Position numbers and translations under genes: made by a program. Shown here piece after piece: positions 26,782 through 35,078 of a stretch of DNA of 57,808 bases. Location of the stretch: the IMG/VR virus record IMGVR_UViG_3300044695_002920, positions 1-57,808 of that record; one strand, 5' to 3'. Below the pieces are notes generated by a model. That model made no database searches. It saw only the letters and a program-made list of their open reading frames with translations, and had not been told where the DNA came from. The stretch is from a virus (Duplodnaviria; Caudoviricetes). Each line of letters begins with the position of its first letter. Positions within the stretch are counted from its first letter, which is position 1.

Positions 26782-27083
26782 CTGATGAAGAACTGCTTGT
26801 GGGGCTAAAGCGCATAGGCAAGAGAGTATCCCTGCCTTGCCCAGATGGGCTTGAGGGGTGTCTTGTACACCACTTTGGCATCGAGACTGACCCGGTTGCA
26901 GCTAGAGCCATCGACCGCATCGAAGCCCTCACCGCCGAGATCGAGTGGTTGCGGGAGGCTTTGTTTGAAAGCGTGGCTCTAAACGAAAACTATTACGCTG
27001 TAGAGGAGGATGACGGCTATCGATTTACCGAAGCACCTGCCGTCATAGCACAAGCCCGCGCAGCACTGGAGAAGCAACCGTGA
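26778..27083 (+). CDS. Hypothetical protein
   Basis: Coupled ORF; AIDRIEALTAEIEWLREAL and ARAAL, typical of phage accessory genes. Confidence 0.7.
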   Translation: MTDEELLVGLKRIGKRVSLPCPDGLEGCLVHHFGIETDPVAARAIDRIEALTAEIEWLREALFESVALNENYYAVEEDDGYRFTEAPAVIAQARAALEKQP

Positions 27084-27397
27084 CCACAGAAACACCACCC
27101 GACGATTGGGTTTTGCTCGAAGCTGCGAAGCGGTCCGATACATGGTGCCGCAGCATCGAATGGCTACGCGAATTATACGGTGTTAGTGGCTCGTTCCGCG
27201 CTCTCTGCGACATGATAGCAAAACACGAGAAACCACCAGCGGACCGCAAGCTGCTTTGTGCGCGTGAGGCAATGGCGGAGAACGCCGAAACATGCGGGTG
27301 GGGCGGGAAGTTTAGGAGCGGCAATTACGATGTCACCTACCACATAACCGTGCCCCTCCGCGCAATTGAGCTTTGGGAAGAGGGCTTTGGGAAATGA
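27080..27397 (+). CDS. Hypothetical protein (shares C-terminal module with 27785-28060)
   Basis: GTGA coupling; ADRKLLCA...RAIELWEEGFGK. Confidence 0.7.
   Translation: MTTETPPDDWVLLEAAKRSDTWCRSIEWLRELYGVSGSFRALCDMIAKHEKPPADRKLLCAREAMAENAETCGWGGKFRSGNYDVTYHITVPLRAIELWEEGFGK
27357..27397 (+). repeat. 41-bp direct repeat, copy 1 (copy 2 at 28020-28060)
   Basis: TCCGCGCAATTGAGCTTTGGGAAGA(G/A)GGCTTTGGGAAATGA, one mismatch. Confidence 0.9.
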
Positions 27398-27609
27398 CCG
27401 TCACCGTCACGCAGGTCTACCACTGCGACATCTGCTCGACCATGCTCAATACGCTTGAGAAGCAGGTGCCCTACAACAGCGTGCCGCAAATCATCTGCGC
27501 GCAGGGCGAACACCTCACTGTGCGTAGTCCTTATGGCTTAACGCGTACACACGACATCTGCCCCGAATGTTGGGCCAAGTTCTGCGACTGGTGGAGGACA
27601 CAGAAATGA
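27394..27609 (+). CDS. Small zinc-finger protein
   Basis: HCDIC...DICPECW; ATGA coupling. Confidence 0.7.
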   Translation: MTVTVTQVYHCDICSTMLNTLEKQVPYNSVPQIICAQGEHLTVRSPYGLTRTHDICPECWAKFCDWWRTQK

Positions 27610-27788
27610 GTGAGATTAAGAAGGAACCTATTATAGTCCATCCGGGTTGGGAGTGGGAGAACACCAGCGACGATGACGCAGTGATTTTTACCGACCATAG
27701 CCACCGAGACATTCTTCGGTTCGTGATTAGCGAGCTTGGCGAAGAGATCAGGTTCCATGTCGATGATCTATTGAAAGGCGACACATGA
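27606..27788 (+). CDS. Hypothetical protein (60 aa)
   Basis: GGAGG SD and ATGA coupling at both ends. Confidence 0.6.
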   Translation: MSEIKKEPIIVHPGWEWENTSDDDAVIFTDHSHRDILRFVISELGEEIRFHVDDLLKGDT

Positions 27789-28060
27789 CCACACACCACC
27801 CTGAGTGCGAAGACGCGACCGGCGCATATTTCGGTAGCTGCACCTGCGCTGCTATTAAGCGGAGGGAGGCACTGGACAACCTATTCGCCAGTGATGCCGA
27901 CCTTATAGAACTGGAGACAGGGCCTATGGAAGAGGCCACAGAAGCTGATCGCAAGCTGCTTTGCGCGCTTGAGGCTATGGAAAGCATACGAGGCGACGCC
28001 ACTCACTCTGAGATAGCCGTCCGCGCAATTGAGCTTTGGGAAGAAGGCTTTGGGAAATGA
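27785..28060 (+). CDS. Hypothetical protein
   Basis: ATGA-coupled; ends RAIELWEEGFGK. Confidence 0.7.
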   Translation: MTTHHPECEDATGAYFGSCTCAAIKRREALDNLFASDADLIELETGPMEEATEADRKLLCALEAMESIRGDATHSEIAVRAIELWEEGFGK

Positions 28061-28134
28061 ACCTGCGGCAGTTTTTGCAGACCAACTTCGGCTGGGACAT
28101 CTACGACTGGGATCCCAGCGACATTAGATTTTGA
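28057..28134 (+). CDS. 25-aa peptide
   Basis: MNLRQFLQTNFGWDIYDWDPSDIRF; ATGA coupling. Confidence 0.5.
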   Translation: MNLRQFLQTNFGWDIYDWDPSDIRF

Positions 28135-28280
28135 ATGCCCACCCCCACTCCTTCAATATCCCGACAACCACGGCGGGATCGAGGGCTAGGCAGCGGAAGT
28201 ATCAAGCGCACCGGGGGAGCAACTGGGACATAGAGATAGTGCGCGAATGCCTAGCAACGTGGCAATAAAAGGAGCAGACA

Positions 28281-28940
28281 ATGAAATTCCACCCAAGCGA
28301 CGAGGAGATCACCCGCGTGTGCTCCTACATCAGCGACGACAAGTACATCGCCTCACTCTACGGCGTGCCCCTCGAACGGGTGCGCATACTGCGCGGCCGA
28401 CAGGAGGCAGGCACCAAGAGCACTGCGCCCAAGGATCCGACGCCCATGTCGATAGCAGTCGTCGAGGGCGGCGACCGCAAGGCGCGCGAGGACGGCAAGC
28501 TGGGCTCCGAGGCCCTGCTCAAGGCGATCAATCGCTACTACAAGAAATATCACATCGACGGTTGCAGTTTGATATTGCAGGCCCCGCTTCCGGCTGCTAG
28601 GGAGGTGGCTCAGCAACCGAAGGACACCACCATGCAGTACTACATCAGCACCGAAAAGACCCTCAACGACCTGCTCAAGGAGCGGGGCGAGCAGGACATC
28701 TACATCCGCTGGAACGGATGTGAGGAAGCGCCCAACTACAAGGTCTATTTCCAAGAGGAGCTGACCGAACTGCTTCTTGCCGACCACGACGACGGCTACG
28801 AGCTGCAGCGCAACCCCATCGGCTCGCGCACCTTCGAGGGCGTCGACAGCGCCCGTAACAACGGCGAGGCCGTGCAGATCATCGTCGAGGAGATCCGCTC
28901 CGCGATCGCGAGCGGCGACTTACTGGAGGGAGACTGGTAA
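28281..28940 (+). CDS. Hypothetical protein; contains an in-frame internal start at 28632 with its own promoter/leader
   Basis: AAGGAG SD before 28281; second SD and ATG at 28632. Confidence 0.65.
   Translation: MKFHPSDEEITRVCSYISDDKYIASLYGVPLERVRILRGRQEAGTKSTAPKDPTPMSIAVVEGGDRKAREDGKLGSEALLKAINRYYKKYHIDGCSLILQAPLPAAREVAQQPKDTTMQYYISTEKTLNDLLKERGEQDIYIRWNGCEEAPNYKVYFQEELTELLLADHDDGYELQRNPIGSRTFEGVDSARNNGEAVQIIVEEIRSAIASGDLLEGDW
28562..28631 (+). promoter_or_regulatory. Early promoter/operator plus leader embedded in a CDS
   Basis: TTGCAGTTTGATATTGCAG...GCTAGGGA...TCAGCAACCGAAGGA. Confidence 0.7.
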
Positions 28941-29155
28941 TGGATATGGGAGACTTACTCTGGCCGTGGGGCGCACTGCGCGAAGCGCGTGAGACCATAG
29001 CTCGGCGCGATCGCGAGATCGACCAGCTTGATCGCGCCCTAATCAAGAGCACCGTGGCGCAGCTACGGCAGAGCAAGCTGCTGCGGGAGGCGCACTTCCG
29101 CAACCCGAAGACCGGCCGCATAGGCAAGAAGGGGGAGAGATATGACATTAGCTAA
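28940..29155 (+). CDS. Hypothetical protein
   Basis: TAATG coupling; coiled coil and RNPKTGR motif. Confidence 0.7.
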   Translation: MDMGDLLWPWGALREARETIARRDREIDQLDRALIKSTVAQLRQSKLLREAHFRNPKTGRIGKKGERYDIS

Positions 29156-29315
29156 TGAGGCGACAGCCCTCTTCACCGAGCTGGACCAGCTCAACGCGCG
29201 CAAGCGTGAGATTGAAAACCGTTTGCGCACACTGCGCACCGCGTACATGGTTGAGGCCCGACTGTGGGGCATCAGCGACGAACGCTTCAGACAGGAAATA
29301 AAGGCAGCAATATGA
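29142..29315 (+). CDS. Small coiled-coil protein (57 aa)
   Basis: Hand translation MTLANEATALF...QEIKAAI; GGAG SD. Confidence 0.65.
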   Translation: MTLANEATALFTELDQLNARKREIENRLRTLRTAYMVEARLWGISDERFRQEIKAAI

Positions 29316-29536
29316 GCACCAAGGAAAGCCGCGTCGCGGCACTGAACACCGCCATCGCCAACGCGGGAGGCATCTTCGCCTTCGCCCGATCACTCGGCGT
29401 CTCGCATCAGGTCGTGTATCAGTGGAAGCGGCTGGGCTACGTGCCCGCCGCCCGCGCGATTGTGATTGAGCACCGCTTCGGCGTGCCCCAGATCGACATG
29501 GTGAGCGAGAGCATCACGACAGCCCTACGCGCCTGA
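29312..29536 (+). CDS. Cro/YdaS-like HTH regulator
   Basis: AIANAGGIFAFARSLGVSHQVVYQWKRLGYVPAARAIVIE. Confidence 0.8.
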   Translation: MSTKESRVAALNTAIANAGGIFAFARSLGVSHQVVYQWKRLGYVPAARAIVIEHRFGVPQIDMVSESITTALRA

Positions 29537-29558
29537 CTTTGTGGACGAGGAGGGAGAC

Positions 29559-31616
29559 ATGAACAACGTGAGCCCCATCGCGCCTCAACTCTACGACGTT
29601 GAGGTGCCCGAGGAGCTGCGCGAGCTGTCTGGGTGGCTGATCTGGCGCTTCGAGAAGTTTGATAACGAGCCCAAGCCGCGCAAGGTGCCCTACTGGGCCG
29701 ACGGCACAAAACGCCACGGACAACAGGGCGGCCCCGTCGACCGCGCACGCCTGACTACCTTCGTGGCGGCGCGCGATGCCGCTGCGCGCAAGGGCTATGA
29801 CGGCGTGGGCTTCGCCCCGCTGGAGGGCGTCGGCTACACCTTCCTCGACTTCGACGACTGCGTCGGGGTCAAAGGCGCTCTGCCGCCCGAGATCGAGAAG
29901 ATCGTCGCCACCACCTACACGGAGTACAGCCCGAGCGGCAAAGGCCTGCGCGTCGCGCTGAGGGGCAATCTGGGCAACCGGAAGAGCCACGCGACGGAGG
30001 ATCAATACGGGCTAGAGACATTCTCCACCACTGGCTTCGTCACCTTCACTGGCAACATCGTGCCCGCCTGTGAAATGATCTACGGGCCGGACCACATCGC
30101 CGACGTCGACGACCATGTGCGCAGCCTGTGCGAGGAACGCTTCAAGACCTCACAGCCGCAGGCGGCAGTCGACCCCGACGACTTCATGGTCGGGCATGAG
30201 CCTCGGCTGGGGTTGTCGATCGAGCGCATGCAGGAGCTGCTTGAAGAGATCGACCCCGACATGGGCCGCGACGACTGGATCCGCGTCGGCATGGCGCTGC
30301 ACCACGAGTGCGACGGCGACGACACTGGCTTCGAACTCTGGGACGAGTGGTCGTCCGGTGGCTACAGCTACCCCGGCACTGAGGGGCTGCGCACGCAGTG
30401 GGACAGCTTCGAGCGGCGCGCAGGACAGCGTCGCAGGCAGGTCACCATGGCCACTGTCATCAAGATGGCGAAGGACGCCAGCGCCCGCCCTAGTCAGGCG
30501 GCAAGCGTGGAGCGTGTGCAGCAGCGCACAGCCCTGCTTGCCGCCCAGTTGACACCCACCGGCGGCGTCTTCTCGCCCCCTGAGTATCAGGGCAAGTTCC
30601 CGATCTTCTCCGCGGGCGACATGAGCCGCAGGGAGCCACCGGACTGGCTCGTCAGGGGCGTGATACCCAAGGCCGACCTGTTCATGCTCTACGGCGCGTC
30701 TGGCAGCGGTAAGAGCTTCGCCGCGATCGACCTCGCCGCGCACGTCGCGCTGGGCCTGCCGTGGCGCGGGCAGCGTGTCGAGCGGACGAAGGTCGTCATC
30801 GTCGCGGCCGAGGGCGGCGGAGGCTACGGCCTGCGCATCAAGGCGTGGTGCCAACAGCATGCCTGCAGCCCCGAGGATCTCGACATCGGCATCATCACCG
30901 TGCCGCCGAACATGATGGAGAGCGACGACGTCAGCGAGCTGGCCGCAGTCATCAACCTGATCGGCGGCGTCGGCCTGATCCTGATCGACACGCTGGCGCA
31001 GGTGACGCCCGGCGCGAATGAGAACTCATCCGAGGACATGGGCCTGACCCTGTCGAACTGTCGCACGCTGGGCGCTGCCACCGGCGCTGTCGTGGGCCTA
31101 GTCCACCACGCGGGCAAGGATCTCACACGCGGCGCGCGTGGCTGGTCGGGCGCACGCGCGGCGGTCGACGCCGAGATCGAGGTCACCTACGACATGGACA
31201 GCGGCGTGCGCATGATACGCATCACGAAGCAGAAGGACGGTCGGGACGGCATGAAGTACGCCTTCAAGCTGGGCATCGTGGCGCTGGGCTTCGACCGCCA
31301 CGGCGACGACGTGACGTCCTGCGTCGCGCTGGAGACAGACGTGCCGGTGCGCGAGGAGGCCGACGACAAGACGAGCAAGGCCCTGCGCGGTCGGATCGAG
31401 ACGCATGTGCTCGAAGTCATGGCCCTGTTCCCCGACGAGGGCGCGGTGCCTGTCGCACGCTTCATCAACAAGGCCGTGGAGACGCTGCCACCGCCCGAAG
31501 AGGGCGCACGGGACACGCGCAGGCAGAAAGTTATGCGCGCAATCCGTAGCATTTCCGCCATTAAGGGCGACGTGCCACTGCGCCTCGAAGGCAGCTCTGT
31601 CGTTTTTTATGATTAA
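29559..31616 (+). CDS. Primase-helicase (AEP primase, PriCT-2, RecA-like AAA_25 helicase)
   Basis: DFD and EYSPSGKG primase motifs; RDDWIRVGMALH..WDEWS; Walker A GASGSGKS; Walker B LIDT; VHHAGKD..RGARGWS. Confidence 0.92.
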   Translation: MNNVSPIAPQLYDVEVPEELRELSGWLIWRFEKFDNEPKPRKVPYWADGTKRHGQQGGPVDRARLTTFVAARDAAARKGYDGVGFAPLEGVGYTFLDFDDCVGVKGALPPEIEKIVATTYTEYSPSGKGLRVALRGNLGNRKSHATEDQYGLETFSTTGFVTFTGNIVPACEMIYGPDHIADVDDHVRSLCEERFKTSQPQAAVDPDDFMVGHEPRLGLSIERMQELLEEIDPDMGRDDWIRVGMALHHECDGDDTGFELWDEWSSGGYSYPGTEGLRTQWDSFERRAGQRRRQVTMATVIKMAKDASARPSQAASVERVQQRTALLAAQLTPTGGVFSPPEYQGKFPIFSAGDMSRREPPDWLVRGVIPKADLFMLYGASGSGKSFAAIDLAAHVALGLPWRGQRVERTKVVIVAAEGGGGYGLRIKAWCQQHACSPEDLDIGIITVPPNMMESDDVSELAAVINLIGGVGLILIDTLAQVTPGANENSSEDMGLTLSNCRTLGAATGAVVGLVHHAGKDLTRGARGWSGARAAVDAEIEVTYDMDSGVRMIRITKQKDGRDGMKYAFKLGIVALGFDRHGDDVTSCVALETDVPVREEADDKTSKALRGRIETHVLEVMALFPDEGAVPVARFINKAVETLPPPEEGARDTRRQKVMRAIRSISAIKGDVPLRLEGSSVVFYD

Positions 31617-31631
31617 ATTGCACAAGGGGGG

Positions 31632-31690
31632 TTGCAATACCTGATTGCAGTAACTATATGGGTTCTGTCAGCAACGAAAGGACAGACCCA
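31632..31690 (+). promoter_or_regulatory. Early promoter/operator plus leader
   Basis: TTGCAA-N17-TATATG; palindrome TGCAAT-ACCTG-ATTGCA; TCAGCAACGAAAGGA. Confidence 0.8.
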
Positions 31691-32020
31691 ATGGCTACCA
31701 AGTTTGATAATACCATCGACCTCGCATCGCAGGTTGTCGACCGTCTCGGCGACATCAAGGCGCAGATCGCCGAGCTGAAGGCAGTTGAGGCCAACCTCAT
31801 CGCCCTCATCATCAACACCGGCGACAGCGTCGTCGAGGGCAGCACGTTCCGTGCCGCTGTCAGCACCACCGCTGACCGCACCTCGCTCGACGTCAAGGCC
31901 GCAGAGGCCAAGCTGCGCGAGTTGGGTGTCGACGGTCGCTGGTTCTCGAAGAACCAGAAAGTCACGCGCGGCTACACCAGTGTCCGCGTCTCGGCGCGCA
32001 AGAGCGGGGGTGCCCTGTGA
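31691..32020 (+). CDS. Hypothetical protein
   Basis: ATG after the conserved leader. Confidence 0.75.
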   Translation: MATKFDNTIDLASQVVDRLGDIKAQIAELKAVEANLIALIINTGDSVVEGSTFRAAVSTTADRTSLDVKAAEAKLRELGVDGRWFSKNQKVTRGYTSVRVSARKSGGAL

Positions 32021-32193
32021 TGGGCGTTCTTGCCGCCGAATACACATCGGGGAGCGCCAGTCGCTCCCCGGTGCTGGATCTTAACCGCATCGTGGATGGC
32101 CGACGCACGCACGTCATCGCCTTCCGCGTGAAGAACAAGCGCGAGGCTCGCACCCTCGCCAAGACATACGGAGCGACGCCATGGAACTTTTGA
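32020..32193 (+). CDS. Hypothetical protein (57 aa)
   Basis: TGATG coupling; MGVLAAEY...GATPWNF. Confidence 0.65.
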   Translation: MGVLAAEYTSGSASRSPVLDLNRIVDGRRTHVIAFRVKNKREARTLAKTYGATPWNF

Positions 32194-32480
32194 AGGACCG
32201 CAGCTACTACCGCCAGCGCAGCGACCGCGCCCTCATCGAGGCCGCGTGGAGCAATCCCAACGTGGAACTCGCTATCGTGCTTGCCGAGCGGCTGGAAGCC
32301 TCTACGACGGAGCATGAGGCGGAGATCGAGGAGCAGAAGGAGTACGTCGCAGACGCGCGCCGCGAAGCTGAAAATCTGGACGAAGACCTGTATCGCGCCC
32401 AGAACACGATCACGAGCCTTGAGTGGAAAATCGAAGAATTGACAAAGGAGTTAGAAGCATGCCGTACAAAATCGAAGTAA
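32181..32480 (+). CDS. Coiled-coil hypothetical protein
   Basis: GGAG SD; heptad-rich sequence. Confidence 0.7.
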   Translation: MELLKDRSYYRQRSDRALIEAAWSNPNVELAIVLAERLEASTTEHEAEIEEQKEYVADARREAENLDEDLYRAQNTITSLEWKIEELTKELEACRTKSK

Positions 32481-32827
32481 CCGCCGACAGCCTGAGCGAG
32501 CTGGCCGGTAAGGTGCTCGCCCTCGCCGCCCAGTTTCAGGCGGTCCCTGTCATAGTCCACCACTCGGGTGTGAAGCCGAAGGCCGACAAGCCTGTAAAGG
32601 CAGCAAAGGAGCCCAAGGCCGAGGAGCCCAAGGCCGAGGAGCCCAAGGCCCCGACCTACGACTTCAACACCGACATCTCGCCCTTGGTCCTGCGCGTTGC
32701 GGCCGAGAAGGGCCGTCCCGCGATCGCAGAGCTGCTCTCGCAGTTCGGTGTGGAGCGCGCGTCGAACGTGCCCGCGGAGCAGTTCGGTGAGCTGCTCAAC
32801 GCCCTCAAGGACGCGTTAGGCGAATGA
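32459..32827 (+). CDS. Replication-module protein with KAEEP repeats
   Basis: AAGGAG SD; typical position just upstream of a DUF2800 gene. Confidence 0.7.
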   Translation: MPYKIEVTADSLSELAGKVLALAAQFQAVPVIVHHSGVKPKADKPVKAAKEPKAEEPKAEEPKAPTYDFNTDISPLVLRVAAEKGRPAIAELLSQFGVERASNVPAEQFGELLNALKDALGE

Positions 32828-34074
32828 GTGCCGGTCATGCCAAACTGAGCCCCTCGGGCGCGCATCGATGGATGGCGTGTCCGGGGAGCATCGTGCTCGA
32901 AAGCAACATACCCGACAAGGGCAGCGTCTACGCCGACGAGGGCACCGCAGCGCACGAGCTGGCGGCGTGGTGCCTGAAGGACAACATGGACCCGAGCAAC
33001 TATCTGAACGAGAAGATCTCGGTCGGGGAGAACCGGTTCACTGTCGACGCAGATATGTGCGACCACGTCCGCAGCTACACCAAGCTGGTCAAGGAGTACG
33101 CACAGGGCGCGCACCTGATGGTCGAGCAGGCGGTCGGTATCGGCCACCTGACCGGCGAGGACGACGCGACCGGCACGTCGGACGCAATCATCATTGACGC
33201 TGTCAAACGGTCTTTGACAGTCGTCGACCTGAAGTATGGCATGGGCGTGCGGGTGGACGCGACGGAAAACCCGCAGCTCATGCTGTACGCCCTCGGGGCG
33301 TATGAGGCGACCTCGATGCTCGCCGACTTCGATACGGTGACCATGGTCATCCACATGCCGCGCCTGAACCACGTCAGCGAGTGGACGATACCGATAACGG
33401 AGCTGATCGAGTTCGGCAGCCTCGTCAGCTACTACGCCACCGAGACGCGGCTGGCCGAGGCTGACGAGGCTGCGGCACTGGGTGCCCAGAAGCCGACCGA
33501 CAGCGGCTGGGCGGAGAAGTACCTCACGCCCGGCGAGAAGCAGTGCCGCTTCTGTAAGGCCAAGGGCGTCTGCCCCGCCCTGCGCGATAGCGTCATGGAG
33601 ACGGTTACTGGGTCGGCACCAGCCACGGTCGAGGACTTCGCCGACATGCTGCCGATTGAGATCGGCGTGGCTGGAGGAGACAACTACCTGTCCGTCGCCA
33701 TGGACAAGGTCGATCTGGTCGAGGTGTGGTGCAAGGCCATCCGCGCCGAGGTCGAGCGGAGATTGTTTGCAGGCGAGCGCGTGACCGGCTACAAGCTGGT
33801 CGAGGGCAAGCGCGGCAACCGCCAGTGGTCCGACGAGGAGCAAGCGACGAAAGCATTGAAGGCAGCGAAGCTGAAGGCCGAGGAGATGTACAGCAAGAAG
33901 CTGATCTCACCGACCGAGGCGGAGAAACGCCTGAAGGGATACCCAGCGCAGTGGGCGAAGGTCGAAGGCCTGATCACCCAGAGCGCGGGCAAGCCGTCTG
34001 TGGCCAAGGCCACTGACAAGCGGCCAGAAGTGGCCGTAAACGCCACTGCGGAAGACTTCCGCAGTATTTTGTAG
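32824..34074 (+). CDS. DUF2800 / Cas4-like PD-(D/E)xK exonuclease
   Basis: HAKLSPSGAHRWMACPGS; GTAAH; GTSD; VDLKYG; QLMLYALG; QCRFCKAKGVC. Confidence 0.92.
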   Translation: MSAGHAKLSPSGAHRWMACPGSIVLESNIPDKGSVYADEGTAAHELAAWCLKDNMDPSNYLNEKISVGENRFTVDADMCDHVRSYTKLVKEYAQGAHLMVEQAVGIGHLTGEDDATGTSDAIIIDAVKRSLTVVDLKYGMGVRVDATENPQLMLYALGAYEATSMLADFDTVTMVIHMPRLNHVSEWTIPITELIEFGSLVSYYATETRLAEADEAAALGAQKPTDSGWAEKYLTPGEKQCRFCKAKGVCPALRDSVMETVTGSAPATVEDFADMLPIEIGVAGGDNYLSVAMDKVDLVEVWCKAIRAEVERRLFAGERVTGYKLVEGKRGNRQWSDEEQATKALKAAKLKAEEMYSKKLISPTEAEKRLKGYPAQWAKVEGLITQSAGKPSVAKATDKRPEVAVNATAEDFRSIL

Positions 34075-34102
34075 TTGATAGTTGAGAAGTGGATAATTGA
34101 AT

Positions 34103-34687
34103 ATGGCAACCCGTATTATGCTTAAGAACGTCGTGCTGGCTTTCCCCGCACTGGCCGAGCCGCAGTCCTACGGGGACGGCGATCCAGCCTTTGGCGCTAA
34201 GTTCCCGATCGAGCCCGGTTCCGAGAACGAAATATTGATCGAGGAGGCGATGCTCGCCGAGGCGAATGCGCAGTGGGTAGACAAGGGCGAGAGCGTCCTC
34301 AAGATGCTCATCGAGGACGGCAAGGTCTGCTTCAGCAAGAAGGTCTACCGCTCGAAGAAGACCGGCGACGCCTATCAGGGCTTCGAGGGCAAGCACTACC
34401 TGTCGAGCCGCAATGCCTCGACCCAGCCCACCGTCTTCAACCAGTTTGGGGATCAGGTCACGGCCAAGGGCGAGATCGAGCGTCAGGCGTTCAGCGGTGC
34501 CGTTGTGGCTGCCTCCGTCGAGATCTGGGCACAGGACAACAAGTGGGGTCGGCGCATCAACTGCACGCTTCGCGGCGTGATGTTGACCGGCGAGGGCGAG
34601 AACTTCGGCGGCGGCTCGTCTCCGGCGTCCAGCGACGAGTTCGCCAGTTTGGCGAAGGGCAAGCCCGACGCGGAAGACTTCCTCTGA
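34103..34687 (+). CDS. DUF2815 single-stranded DNA-binding protein
   Basis: Between DUF2800 and polA; LRGV...GENFGGG...acidic tail ending DFL. Confidence 0.85.
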   Translation: MATRIMLKNVVLAFPALAEPQSYGDGDPAFGAKFPIEPGSENEILIEEAMLAEANAQWVDKGESVLKMLIEDGKVCFSKKVYRSKKTGDAYQGFEGKHYLSSRNASTQPTVFNQFGDQVTAKGEIERQAFSGAVVAASVEIWAQDNKWGRRINCTLRGVMLTGEGENFGGGSSPASSDEFASLAKGKPDAEDFL

Positions 34688-34923
34688 TGTCGGCCAACGA
34701 CCAGCTCCGCCTCTTCGTCGAGCGTCTCGAGCGCCTCGGCGAGGAGAAGGACGGCATCGCCGAGGACATCAAGTGTGTCTTCGCCGAGATGAAGAGCCAA
34801 GGCTACGACGCCAAGATCGTTCGCGAGATCCTGCGCCTGCGCAAGTTGAGCAAGGACGATCTGGACAATCGTAACGCCATCCTCCGCCTGTATGGCGAGC
34901 AGTTGGGTCTGGACTTCCTCTAA
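34687..34923 (+). CDS. gapR: GapR (DUF2312) nucleoid-associated protein homologue
   Basis: QLRLFVERLERLGEEKDGIAEDIKCVFAEMKSQGYDAKIVREILRLRK; TGATG coupling. Confidence 0.9.
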   Translation: MSANDQLRLFVERLERLGEEKDGIAEDIKCVFAEMKSQGYDAKIVREILRLRKLSKDDLDNRNAILRLYGEQLGLDFL

Positions 34924-34938
34924 CCCACAAACTAGATA

Positions 34939-35078
34939 GGGCGCGGCGGCTGTGCTACCCTCACTGCACAGTCGCCACCCTCCCTCCCTTCCGGTGAGGG
35001 CCGCAGGTTACACTGGGTGCTCCTTGTGTTGCTGATCCCCTGCGGCCCTCTCCCGAAGCGAGGTGAAGGATCAGCACC
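34939..35078 (+). ncRNA. Candidate structured regulatory RNA (two hairpins; loop 2 antisense to early-gene leaders)
   Basis: Stem 34945-34955/34966-34976; perfect stem 34996-35007/35039-35050; loop CTGGGTGCTCCTTGTGTTGCTGATC. Confidence 0.65.

Noticed and set aside
35008-35040. Minus-strand gene started by an inverted leader copy
   Set aside because: It reads GTG-TAA immediately and lacks the upstream TTGCAA box.
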